Below, one piece after another: positions 24,233 to 31,925 of a stretch of 32,000 nt of DNA; the stretch's first letter is position 1; every line of letters begins with the position of its first letter. Source of the DNA: Kineococcus radiotolerans SRS30216 = ATCC BAA-149 (GTDB lineage: Bacteria; Actinomycetota; Actinomycetes; Actinomycetales; Kineococcaceae). The position numbers and the translations under genes were made by a program. Where the stretch lies: the NCBI RefSeq assembly GCF_000017305.1, contig NC_009664.2, forward strand, positions 1,320,001-1,352,000, read 5' to 3'. Under the pieces are notes generated by a model, which was not told the DNA's origin, ran no database searches, and saw nothing but the letters and a program-made list of their open reading frames with translations.

Positions 24233-25248
24233 CAGGCGGTCCCCACGACGGTGCGGTCGGCGGTGCGGTCGCGGCGCGCGGAGGCGCGGGCGCCCCCGAC
24301 GACCCGCAGGCGCGGGTCGAGCACCGGGTAGAGCAGGTCGACGACGAGGTTGGTGACGACGAAGACCGCGGCGGCCAGCAGCACGAGGCCCTGGACCAGC
24401 GGGATGTCCTGCCCGTTGACGGCGGTGACGGTCAGGCGGCCGATCCCCACCCGGGAGAAGACCGTCTCGACGACGACGGCCCCCGCGAGGAGGTTCCCGA
24501 CGACGATCCCCCCGACGGTGAGGGTGGGGATGGTGGCGTTGCGCAGGGCGTGGCGCAGGTGGACCCGCGCCCGGGAGGCCCCCTTGGCCCGGGCGGTGTC
24601 GACGTAGGGCTCGGCCAGGGCCGTCCGCAGGCTGCGGGCCAGGACCTGCGCGATCGAGGCCGACACCGGGACCGCCAGGGTGACGGCGGGCAGGACGAGG
24701 GCGGCGAGGCCCTCCCCGCCCAGGGCCGGGAAGACCGGGACCCGGAAGGAGAGGAGCTGGACGAGCAGCAGACCGACCCAGAACGTCGGCAGCGAGACCC
24801 CCAGCGGCGGCAGGGCCAGCAGCGCCGTCCGCAACCAGCCCCGGCGGGTCCAGGTGCCGAGGAACGCGGTCGCGACGCCCGCGACCAGCGCCAGCGCGCC
24901 GGCGGCGGCGGCGAGCAGCGCCGTCTGCGGCAGCGCGTCCGCGATGAGGGCGGAGACGGGCGCCCCGTTCTGGATGGAGTTCCCGAAGTCCAGGTGCAGG
25001 GTGCGCCACAGGGCGTGCAGGTACTGGACGGGCAGCGGGTCGTCGAGGCCGTGCTCGGCGCGCAGCGCCGCCACCTGCGCGGGGTCGACCGCCGTCTGCT
25101 CACCGCCGCGGCCGCCGGCCAGCATGATCGAGACGGGGTCGCTGGGCAGCAGGTAGAGGATGGCGAACGTCACCGTGAACGCGGCCCAGAGGACCACGAC
25201 GGCCTGGCCGAGGCGGCGGGCCACGTACCCCGCGAGCCCGGGGTTCAC
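24232..25248 (-). CDS. ABC peptide/nickel-type permease (DppB/OppB-like)
   Basis: GTG 25248 overlaps the SBP stop (GTGA), so the tracked start at 25275 is probably too long. YVARRLGQAVVVLWAAFTVTFAILYLLPSDP and YVDTARAKGASRARVHLRHALRNA are family-typical. Confidence 0.85.
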   Translation of the reverse strand: MNPGLAGYVARRLGQAVVVLWAAFTVTFAILYLLPSDPVSIMLAGGRGGEQTAVDPAQVAALRAEHGLDDPLPVQYLHALWRTLHLDFGNSIQNGAPVSALIADALPQTALLAAAAGALALVAGVATAFLGTWTRRGWLRTALLALPPLGVSLPTFWVGLLLVQLLSFRVPVFPALGGEGLAALVLPAVTLAVPVSASIAQVLARSLRTALAEPYVDTARAKGASRARVHLRHALRNATIPTLTVGGIVVGNLLAGAVVVETVFSRVGIGRLTVTAVNGQDIPLVQGLVLLAAAVFVVTNLVVDLLYPVLDPRLRVVGGARASARRDRTADRTVVGTA

Positions 25249-26843
25249 GCCGTCTTCCAGGCGTCGTGGAACCACAACCGGGAGGAACCCTCGAACCTCA
25301 GGTCGTGGACGTCCTCGCCGGCGGCGATGACGGTGGAGAGCTCGATCAGCGGGACGGAGTGGGCCTGGCTCAGCAGCAGCTGCGAGGCCCGCGCCACGAG
25401 GTCGGCGCGCTGGGCGGGGTCGGTGGTGGCGGCCTGCCGGTCGAGGAGGTCGTCGACCTCGCTGCGCGCGCGGTGGTTCACGTTGCGCCCGTCGGCGCTG
25501 AAGACGGTGCGCAGCACGTCCGGGTCGGAGCGGGTGAGGTTGTAGAACAGCGCGTCGTAGTCGCCGGAGGCCTGCTGCGCGGCCGTGTCGGCCGTGGTCC
25601 CCTGCTTCAGCTGCAGGTCGATGCCGACCTCGCGCACCTGCTGCTGCACCAGTTCGAGCACCGCGGACGTGGGCTGCCAGAACGTGACGGTGAACGTGAG
25701 GTCCTGACCGCCCTTCGTGCGGATCCCGTCCGGGCCCTTCGTCCAGCCCGCCTCGTCGAGCAGCGCGTTGGCGCCGGCGACGTCGTGGGCCAGGAGGTCG
25801 GAGTCGTCGGGGGCGTCGGGGGTCGAGGCGGACAGGGCGGAGCTGACGGCGACGTCACCGGGGTTGAGGATGGCGGCGAGCTGCTCGCGGTCGACGGCCT
25901 TGGACAGCGCCCGCCGGACGCGTTCGTCGGCGAAGAGGGGCCGGGACTCGTTGAGGAAGAAGTTGTACGGGATGCCGGGGTTGGCGCGGCGCTCGGTCCA
26001 GAAGCCGTTGCCGTCGAACTGCGGGAGGTCCTGGGCGGCGATGCCGGTGGTGGCGTCGACCTGGTGGGACTGCAGCGCCCCGGTGCGGACGCCGGCCTCG
26101 GGCACGACCCGGTAGGTGATGGTGTCGAGGTAGGCCTCCCCGGTGTGCTTCGCCCCCGTCGGCGCCCAGCCGTACCCGGCGCGCTTGGCCAGGACGGCCT
26201 CGTCGTCGCGGGTGTAGCTCCGCACGGTGAACGGCCCGGAGCCGACGAGAGTGCTCCCGTCGCAACGGGTCGCGGGATCGGCGGTGGTGGTGGGGACGGA
26301 CAGCAGCCCCAGGCTCATCGTCGAGGTGGCCTGGAGGAACTGGGCGCTGGGCCCGGCGAACGACACCACCGCGGTCCGCGCGTCCGGCGTGGCCGTGCCG
26401 GTGTACCCGGCGAGGTAGGTCGACCCCAGGGACGCCTTCGCCCCCAGCGCCACGATCCCGTCGAGGTTGGCCTTCACCGCGGCGGAGTCCACGGGGGTCC
26501 CGTCGGAGAACGTCGCGCCCTCGCGCAGGTGGAACGTGAACGTCGTGGCGTCGGGGCTCACCTCCCACGACTGCGCGAGCCACGGCTGGATCGCCCCGTC
26601 GAGGTCCTGGACGGTGAGGGAGTCGACGAGCTGGCGGCCGATGTTGAGGGCGTCGTTGTTGCCGACCTGCTGCGGGTCGATGCACCCGGAGTCGACCTGG
26701 ATCGCGACGGTGAGGTTCCCGCCGGCGACGGGCTCGGCGTCGGCGGCGGGGTTCGCGCCGCCGTCCCCGCTCCCGCCGCCGCAGGCGGTGAGGGCGAGGA
26801 GCGCGACGAGGGCGGTGACGGTCGAGGGCGTGCGGGTGCGCAA
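25245..26843 (-). CDS. ABC substrate-binding lipoprotein, family 5 (peptide/nickel/glutathione-type)
   Basis: 532 aa. TTG start preceded by GGAGAA at 5-nt spacing. It has a lipoprotein signal with lipobox LALTAC-GGGSG. The length and blocks (NLTVAIQVDSGCIDPQQ, WEVSPDATTFTFHLREGATFSDGTPV) fit SBP_bac_5. Confidence 0.9.
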   Translation of the reverse strand: MRTRTPSTVTALVALLALTACGGGSGDGGANPAADAEPVAGGNLTVAIQVDSGCIDPQQVGNNDALNIGRQLVDSLTVQDLDGAIQPWLAQSWEVSPDATTFTFHLREGATFSDGTPVDSAAVKANLDGIVALGAKASLGSTYLAGYTGTATPDARTAVVSFAGPSAQFLQATSTMSLGLLSVPTTTADPATRCDGSTLVGSGPFTVRSYTRDDEAVLAKRAGYGWAPTGAKHTGEAYLDTITYRVVPEAGVRTGALQSHQVDATTGIAAQDLPQFDGNGFWTERRANPGIPYNFFLNESRPLFADERVRRALSKAVDREQLAAILNPGDVAVSSALSASTPDAPDDSDLLAHDVAGANALLDEAGWTKGPDGIRTKGGQDLTFTVTFWQPTSAVLELVQQQVREVGIDLQLKQGTTADTAAQQASGDYDALFYNLTRSDPDVLRTVFSADGRNVNHRARSEVDDLLDRQAATTDPAQRADLVARASQLLLSQAHSVPLIELSTVIAAGEDVHDLRFEGSSRLWFHDAWKTA

Positions 26844-26873
26844 GGGTTCTCCAGGCTGGGGGGACGTCGAGGA

Positions 26874-26921
26874 CGCGTCCGGCCGGGGGCGGGACGCGGG
26901 GTGACCGGGGTTTCCCGGTCA
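26874..26921 (-). other. Two GC stem-loops between the leader mini-ORF and the SBP start
   Basis: In minus-strand RNA: UGACCGGG-AAAC-CCCGGUCA (26902..26921, 8-bp stem) and CGCGUCC-(11 nt)-GGACGCG (26874..26898). No U-tract. They could be an attenuator or a processing/stability element. Confidence 0.35.
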
Positions 26922-26936
26922 GCGGGGTGGTGGTGG

Positions 26937-27014
26937 TCAGCGACAGCCGGTGGAACCGGAGAGGCAGAAGTCGACGACGCGCCGCAGGACGGCGACGTGG
27001 GACGTCGTGTTCAC
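26937..27014 (-). CDS. Riboswitch-gated leader mini-ORF (25 aa): MNTTSHVAVLRRVVDFCLSGSTGCR
   Basis: GTG 27014 lies 5 nt after GGAGGA, which is itself the 3' strand of riboswitch P1. 23 of 25 codons end in G/C. TGA stop at 26937..26939. It is too short to appear in the ORF track. Translation is unproven. Confidence 0.35.
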   Translation of the reverse strand: MNTTSHVAVLRRVVDFCLSGSTGCR

Positions 27015-27021
27015 AGCGTTC

Positions 27022-27112
27022 CTCCATCGTTCCTGGCGGAAGCACCCGCGCCCGTTGCCGGGGGGTTGCTGCGACGTCGTGGAGCCAGGTCTCTCAGCCG
27101 CTCTGGATGGTG
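27022..27112 (-). promoter_or_regulatory. SAM riboswitch, SAM-I-type core (copy A), apparently lacking P4
   Basis: Minus-strand RNA: CACCAUC CAGAG CGGCUGAGAGACCUGGCUCCACGACGUCG CAGCAACC CCCCGGCAACGGGCGCGGGUGCUUCCGCCAGGAAC GAUGGAG. This shows the S-box hallmarks: P1 CACCAUC/GAUGGAG, AGAG junction, GAGxGA..CUGGC P2 region, GCAACC, GGUGCU, and a GCCAGG/CCUGGC pseudoknot. Confidence 0.8.
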
Positions 27113-27125
27113 TTCTCCGTCGAGA

Positions 27126-28097
27126 CTAGGGCGCGGCCGGGGGAAACTCAACCCGGTCGCCGTCGGCGGACCGCGCGGCCCGCCGCGCCGCGGCGGCCCA
27201 CCCGCCCGGGTCGTCCGGGCCCGGGACGGCCTGCAACCCCAGCCAGAGCAGCAGGGCCTCGAACCACCGCGCCTCGGCGGGGGCGAGCGGGCGGACGGAC
27301 TCGTAACCGCGGCGGAACGTCCGCTGCGCCGGCGCCGGCGTCGGCCGCCACCCGGTGAAGCGGGTACCCAGGTGCACGGAGGCCTTGGCCAGGTCGACCA
27401 CCCGGTGCCCGGGGGCGACCTCGTCGGGGTCGAGCACCGCGACGACGGACGAACCCCGGGTCAGGACGTTCGCGGCCCGGAAGTCCAGGTGCACCAGCTG
27501 AGGTTCGTCCTCGAGGACCGGGGCCGCGTCGAGGAGGTCCGCGAGGCGGCGCGAGGCCGCGGGCACGTGCCCGGGGTCCCGCCCCGCCAGCCACTCCCGG
27601 ACGGCCTCCGCCAGTGGCGGGCCCACCGGCCCCACCGCGGGACGGGCCGTCGCCAGGTCCCGGTGCAGCCGCGCCAGGCAGGCTCCCGCCGCGTGGACCG
27701 CGACGGGGTCCGCGACGTCGAGCCAGTCCCCCTCGACCTCCGGCAGCACCACGACCGACAGCGGCCCCGCCGGCCCCGCGAGCACCGCCCGGTCCCGGCC
27801 CGCGGTCGCGACGACCGGCGCGGCCACCGGGGCACCGAGCCCCGCGAGGTCGCGCAGCAGCCGCGCGGCGGCGTCCAGGCGCGCGAACCGCTCCGGCGCG
27901 CACGACCACTTCACGACGAGCCCGCCCACCCACGCGATCGCGTTCCGGTCGCTGATCACCAGCCGGGTGCAGGGGCCGGGGGTCAGGCCCCACGTCCCCT
28001 CCAGCGCCGTCGCGAGCCACGCCGCGGCGGCGTCGAACCCGGTGAACCCGAAGCGCCCGGCGAGGGCCCCGGAGGGGTCCGCGGATTCCCAGAGCAT
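27126..28097 (-). CDS. Phosphotransferase of the APH/choline-kinase fold (unknown substrate)
   Basis: This is the 3' part of tracked ORF 27126..30626. Start ATG 28097 (MLWESADP); the alternative GTG 28118 is buried in a hairpin arm. The catalytic-loop Brenner motif HxDxxxxN is present as LVHLDFRAANVL, followed by AVLDPDE (the metal-binding Asp position). Confidence 0.75.
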   Translation of the reverse strand: MLWESADPSGALAGRFGFTGFDAAAAWLATALEGTWGLTPGPCTRLVISDRNAIAWVGGLVVKWSCAPERFARLDAAARLLRDLAGLGAPVAAPVVATAGRDRAVLAGPAGPLSVVVLPEVEGDWLDVADPVAVHAAGACLARLHRDLATARPAVGPVGPPLAEAVREWLAGRDPGHVPAASRRLADLLDAAPVLEDEPQLVHLDFRAANVLTRGSSVVAVLDPDEVAPGHRVVDLAKASVHLGTRFTGWRPTPAPAQRTFRRGYESVRPLAPAEARWFEALLLWLGLQAVPGPDDPGGWAAAARRAARSADGDRVEFPPAAP

Positions 28098-28107
28098 GGA
28101 CAGGCCC

Positions 28108-28148
28108 GGCGGCAGCACCCCCGGACCGTGGCCGGGGGTGCCGCCGCC
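28108..28148 (-). terminator. 17-bp stem-loop between metE and the kinase gene
   Basis: Arms 28108..28124 (ggcggcagcacccccgg) and 28132..28148 (ccgggggtgccgccgcc), with a 7-nt loop. The single non-Watson-Crick position is G-U in the minus-strand RNA but A-C in the plus-strand RNA, so the structure is optimised for the metE transcript. Confidence 0.5.
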
Positions 28149-28168
28149 GGGCGCGGCGGTGGGCGTGC

Positions 28169-30502
28169 TCAGCTCGCGGCGGCGGGGACGGGGAGTTCCG
28201 CGCGCACCGTGCGGGCGGCCTCGACGAGGTTCCGCAGCGACTCCGTGGTCTCGGCGTAGCCGCGGGTCTTCAGGCCGCAGTCGGGGTTCACCCAGACCTG
28301 GCGGGCCGGGACGGAGGCGACGGCCGCGCGCAGCAGCCCGGCGATCTCCTCGGTGGAGGGCACCCGCGGGGAGTGGATGTCGTAGACGCCGGGCCCGATG
28401 CCGCGGGCGAACCCGGCGCGGGCGATGTCGTCGAGGACCTCCATGCGCGAGCGCGCCGCCTCGATGCTCGTGACGTCGGCGTCGAGGCCGTCGATCGCGT
28501 CGATGACCTCGCCGAACTCCGAGTAGCACAGGTGGGTGTGGATCTGCGTCGCGTCGCCGGCGCCGGCGGTGGCGAGGCGGAAGGAGCCCACCGACCAGTC
28601 CAGGTAGGCGGGCTGGTCCCCGGTGCGCAGCGGCAGCAGTTCCCGCAGGGCGGGTTCGTCGACCTGGACGACGCCGATGCCGGCGGCCTCGAGGTCGGCG
28701 ACCTCGTCGCGCAGCGCCAGCGCCACCTGCCGGGCGGTGTCGCCGAGGGGCTGGTCGTCGCGCACGAAGGACCAGGCCAGGATCGTCACCGGGCCGGTGA
28801 GCATCCCCTTGACCGGCTTCGGCGTCCGGCTCGCGGTGTACGTGCTCCACGGGACGGTGATCGGCGCCGGGCGCACCACGTCGCCCCACAGGATCGGCGG
28901 GCGCACGCAGCGGGAACCGTAGGACTGCACCCAGCCGTGCGCGGTGACGGCGAACCCGTCGAGCTGCTCGGCGAAGTACTGCACCATGTCGTTGCGCTCG
29001 GGTTCGCCGTGCACGACGACGTCGAGGCCGAGTTCCTCCTGCAGGGCCACCACGCGGTCGATCTCGGCACGGAGGAACTCCTCGTAGGCCCCCTGGTCGA
29101 GGTCCCCGCGGGTCCAGGCGGCGCGGGCCCGGCGGATCTCCGCGGTCTGGGGGAACGAGCCGATGGTCGTCGTCGGCAGCGCGGGCAGCCCGAGGGCCTC
29201 CTCCTGCGCCAGGCGGCGCACGGCGTAGTCGCTGCGGTGGAACGCCTCCGGGGTCAGGGCGGCGAGGCGCTCGCGGACCTCCGGGCGCACGACCCCGGGG
29301 GCCCCGGTGCGGTCGGCGCGGGCCCGCGCGGAGGCGGACAGCTCCTCCCGGACCGCGGCGGCGTCGCCGAGGGCGCGGCCGAGCACGACGACCTCGGAGA
29401 CCTTCTGGTCGGCGAAGGCGAGCCAGCCGCGCAGCCGCTCGTCGAGCGCCGTCTCGCGGGTCACGTCGTGCGGCACGTGCAGCAGCGAGGTGGAGGTCCC
29501 CGCGACGACCCGCGCGGCGGGACCCTCCAGGGTCCGCAACCGGGCGAGGGCCGCGACGAGGTCGGCGCGCCAGACGTTGTGCCCGTCGACGACCCCGCCG
29601 ACGACGGTCTTGCCGGTCAGCAGCTCCGGGCGGGCGGGGACGTCGCCGCGGACGAGGTCCAGGGCCAGGCCCTCCACGGCGGTCGCGGCGAGCGGTTCCA
29701 GCAGTTCGCCCGGGTCGCCGTAGGGGGTGGCGACGAGCAGGCGCGGACGCCCCTCGACGGCGGCGAGGCGGTCGTAGGCGGCGCGCACCAGGCCGGCGAG
29801 GCCCTCGACGCCGGCCGTGGCGGAGTCGCTGACCAGCGCCGGCTCGTCCAGCTGCACCCACTCCGCCCCCGCGGCGGCGTAGGCGGTGAGCAGGTCCTCG
29901 TAGGCGCCGAGCAGGTCGTCGAGGCGGGAGATCGGGGCGAAGCCCTCGGGGCTGCCCCCGGCCGCCTTGGCCAGCAGCAGGAACGTCACCGGGCCCACCA
30001 CGACCGGGCGGGTCAGGAACCCGTCGGCGAGGGCCTCGGAGAACTCCCGGACCCCGCGGTCGTCGGCGAAGCGGAACGCGGTGCCGGGGCCGATCTCGGG
30101 GACGAGGTAGTGGTAGTTCGTGTCGAACCACTTCGTCATCTCCAGCGGGGCGTCGGCCCCCCGCCCGCGGGCGATGGTGGAGTACCCGGCGAGGTCGACC
30201 CGCCCGTCCTCCCCCACGACGTCGGCGAACCGCGGCGGGACCGCGCCGACCGCGACGGCGGCGTCGAGCACCTGGTCGTAGGCCGAGAACGCCGAGGGGA
30301 TCGAGGCGTCGTGGGCGGGCAGGCCGAGGGAGTTGAGCCGGCGCACCGTGGCCGCCCGCACCCCGGCGAGGGCCCGCTCGGTGCTCGCGAGGTCGGCGCG
30401 CCCGGCCCACAGCGCCTCGAGGGCCTTCTTGGCCTCGCGGTCGGCGCCGGTGCGGGGGTAGCCGAGGACGGTGGCGGTCCAGGCGGGGAGCTGTTCGGTC
30501 AT
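28169..30502 (-). CDS. metE: Cobalamin-independent methionine synthase (5-methyltetrahydropteroyltriglutamate-homocysteine S-methyltransferase)
   Basis: 777 aa from ATG 30502, which overlaps the metF stop as [40 protein letters not shown] and [10 protein letters not shown] are canonical MetE motifs. Confidence 0.95.
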   Translation of the reverse strand: MTEQLPAWTATVLGYPRTGADREAKKALEALWAGRADLASTERALAGVRAATVRRLNSLGLPAHDASIPSAFSAYDQVLDAAVAVGAVPPRFADVVGEDGRVDLAGYSTIARGRGADAPLEMTKWFDTNYHYLVPEIGPGTAFRFADDRGVREFSEALADGFLTRPVVVGPVTFLLLAKAAGGSPEGFAPISRLDDLLGAYEDLLTAYAAAGAEWVQLDEPALVSDSATAGVEGLAGLVRAAYDRLAAVEGRPRLLVATPYGDPGELLEPLAATAVEGLALDLVRGDVPARPELLTGKTVVGGVVDGHNVWRADLVAALARLRTLEGPAARVVAGTSTSLLHVPHDVTRETALDERLRGWLAFADQKVSEVVVLGRALGDAAAVREELSASARARADRTGAPGVVRPEVRERLAALTPEAFHRSDYAVRRLAQEEALGLPALPTTTIGSFPQTAEIRRARAAWTRGDLDQGAYEEFLRAEIDRVVALQEELGLDVVVHGEPERNDMVQYFAEQLDGFAVTAHGWVQSYGSRCVRPPILWGDVVRPAPITVPWSTYTASRTPKPVKGMLTGPVTILAWSFVRDDQPLGDTARQVALALRDEVADLEAAGIGVVQVDEPALRELLPLRTGDQPAYLDWSVGSFRLATAGAGDATQIHTHLCYSEFGEVIDAIDGLDADVTSIEAARSRMEVLDDIARAGFARGIGPGVYDIHSPRVPSTEEIAGLLRAAVASVPARQVWVNPDCGLKTRGYAETTESLRNLVEAARTVRAELPVPAAAS

Positions 30503-31452
30503 CGTGCGGGTCCTCCTGCCGCGGCAGCCGTGCTGGCGCGGATCGGGTCGAGGGAGCGGGGCAGGTCGAGGTCGTCGAGCAGGTCGAGGGCCGGTTCGGC
30601 CGCGTTGAACGTGTAGAGGTGGACACCGGGGGCGCCGGCGTCGAGCAGCCCGCGGGCCAGTCCCGCCGTGAACGCCGTCGCGGCGCGCCGGCGCCGGGGC
30701 GCGTCGTCGGTGTCGAGCGCCGCCAGCAGCGGGACGGGGACGGGGACGCCGGTGAGTTCGCCGATCCGCCCCAGCCGACGGGTGCAGTCGGTCACCGCGA
30801 CACCGGGCAGCAGCGGGATCCGCACCCCCGCCGCGCGGGCCCGGCGGACGAAGGCGGCGTACTCCCCGGCGGAGAACGTCACCTGGCAGACCGCGAAGTC
30901 CGCGCCGGCGTCCTGCTTGGCGCGCAGCGCGGCCAGTTCGCCCTCGCCCCCGCGGGGGAAGGCGGCGACGGCGAGGCTCAGCGGGCCCTCGTCGACCGGG
31001 ACCCGCGCGCCCCGCAGGGCCGCCCGGCGCCGGTCGGCGACCTGGAGGAGTTCCACCAGGTCGCGGGCCGTGGCCACCCCGTCGGGGTGCGGGGTCCACC
31101 CCGCGTCCCCGGCCGGCGGGTCCCCGCGCAGGGCGAGGACGTTGCGGACCCCGGCGTCGAGGAACTCGCTGGCCAGGTCCACGACCTCGCGGCGGGAGGA
31201 CCCCACGCAGGTCAGGTGGGCCATGGCGGGCACGGCCGTCGTGCGGAGCACGTGGGCCAGCAGGTCCCGGCTGGGTCCGCGGGTGGCCCCGGCCGCGCCG
31301 AACGTGACCGACACGAAGTCCGGGCGGGCGGCGAGGAGGTCGGACAGCTTGCGCCACAAACCTTCCCGGGCGCTCTCGGAACGCGGGGGGAACAGTTCGA
31401 AGCTGAGGACGGGTCTCCCCGCCGCTCCGGCGACGAGGGGAGCCAGGGTCAC
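30499..31452 (-). CDS. metF: Methylenetetrahydrofolate reductase
   Basis: 317 aa, GTG start. [10 protein letters not shown] near the N-terminus, [17 protein letters not shown] and [10 protein letters not shown] are typical MetF blocks. There is no SD in front of the GTG, and the start overlaps the stop of a mini-ORF (GTGA). Confidence 0.92.
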   Translation of the reverse strand: MTLAPLVAGAAGRPVLSFELFPPRSESAREGLWRKLSDLLAARPDFVSVTFGAAGATRGPSRDLLAHVLRTTAVPAMAHLTCVGSSRREVVDLASEFLDAGVRNVLALRGDPPAGDAGWTPHPDGVATARDLVELLQVADRRRAALRGARVPVDEGPLSLAVAAFPRGGEGELAALRAKQDAGADFAVCQVTFSAGEYAAFVRRARAAGVRIPLLPGVAVTDCTRRLGRIGELTGVPVPVPLLAALDTDDAPRRRRAATAFTAGLARGLLDAGAPGVHLYTFNAAEPALDLLDDLDLPRSLDPIRASTAAAAGGPAR

Positions 31453-31508
31453 CGCGGGCTGCCCGGGACCGGGACCGGGTAGGCGTCGACGACATCGGTG
31501 CTGCGCAT
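31449..31508 (-). CDS. Riboswitch-gated leader mini-ORF (19 aa [19 protein letters not shown]; 23 aa if started at AUG 31520) coupled to metF
   Basis: AUG 31508 lies 6 nt after the GGAG that is the P1 3' strand of riboswitch copy B. The ORF ends in UGA 31449..31451, forming GUGA with the metF start codon. Translation is unproven. Confidence 0.35.
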   Translation of the reverse strand: MRSTDVVDAYPVPVPGSPR

Positions 31509-31514
31509 CACGAA

Positions 31515-31604
31515 CTCCATCGGCCTGGCTTTAGCACCCTCGCCCGGGCTCGGGGGGTTGCTGCGGCGTCGTCGAGCCAGGACTCTCGGCCGCTCTGGAT
31601 GGTG
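31515..31604 (-). promoter_or_regulatory. SAM riboswitch, SAM-I-type core (copy B), apparently lacking P4, upstream of metF-metE
   Basis: Minus-strand RNA: CACCAUC CAGAG CGGCCGAGAGUCCUGGCUCGACGACGCCG CAGCAACC CCCCGAGCCCGGGCGAGGGUGCUAAAGCCAGGCC GAUGGAG. It is nearly identical to copy A and lies upstream of classic SAM-regulon genes. Confidence 0.85.
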
Positions 31605-31756
31605 TGGTTCGAATGTAGACCGGCACCGCGGCGCTCCACAAGGGTTCCCCGGGAACACCGCCGGCGGTTCCCCCGGTCGGCCCCACCGGGGGTCCGGGAC
31701 GGCCCGCGACGCGCCGACCTTGCCGCCGGGCGGTGGTTCGTGGCAACCTCGCCGCA

Positions 31757-31870
31757 GGTCATGAGCGCCAGCGACAAGCCCCGGCTCGCTGGCCGGCAAC
31801 CCTCCTCCGCGGCGGGGTGCCCCGGGTGACGACCTGGCCGGTGCCGACGTGGCGCCGGCAAGCGCGGACC
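31757..31870 (+). promoter_or_regulatory. SAM-IV riboswitch
   Basis: GGUCAUGAGCGCCAGCGACAAGCCCCGGCUCGCUGGCCGGCAACCCUCCUCCGCGGCGGGGUGCCCCGGGUGACGACCUGGCCGGUGCCGACGUGGCGCCGGCAAGCGCGGACC matches, block for block, the actinobacterial SAM-IV sequence as I remember it (GGUCAUGAG..GCCAGCG..AAGCCCCGGCU.GCUGGCCGGCAACCCUCC..GGGGUGCCCCGGGUGA.GACC..GGCAAGCGCGG). That includes the 3' hairpin and the pseudoknot tail. Confidence 0.85.
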
Positions 31871-31925
31871 TCGCCGGGGGAACCCCGGTCCTCCCGGCAG
31901 GGTCCTGTTCCCGAGGAGACCCGTC

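Noticed and set aside
25266-30626. ORFs 25266..28259 (+, 997 aa), 27126..30626 (-, 1166 aa as one protein), 28373..30616 (+, 747 aa) and 25855..27045 (-, 396 aa)
   Set aside because: They are off-frame or antisense to the SBP, metE and kinase genes. The 1166-aa ORF is only meaningful in its last 323 codons, and 25855..27045 runs through the riboswitch and SBP out of frame.
28169-31604. Expected cobalamin riboswitch in front of metE
   Set aside because: metE starts inside the metF stop (ATGA), so there is no leader. I saw no B12-box-like sequence in the metF leader, which is instead a SAM aptamer.
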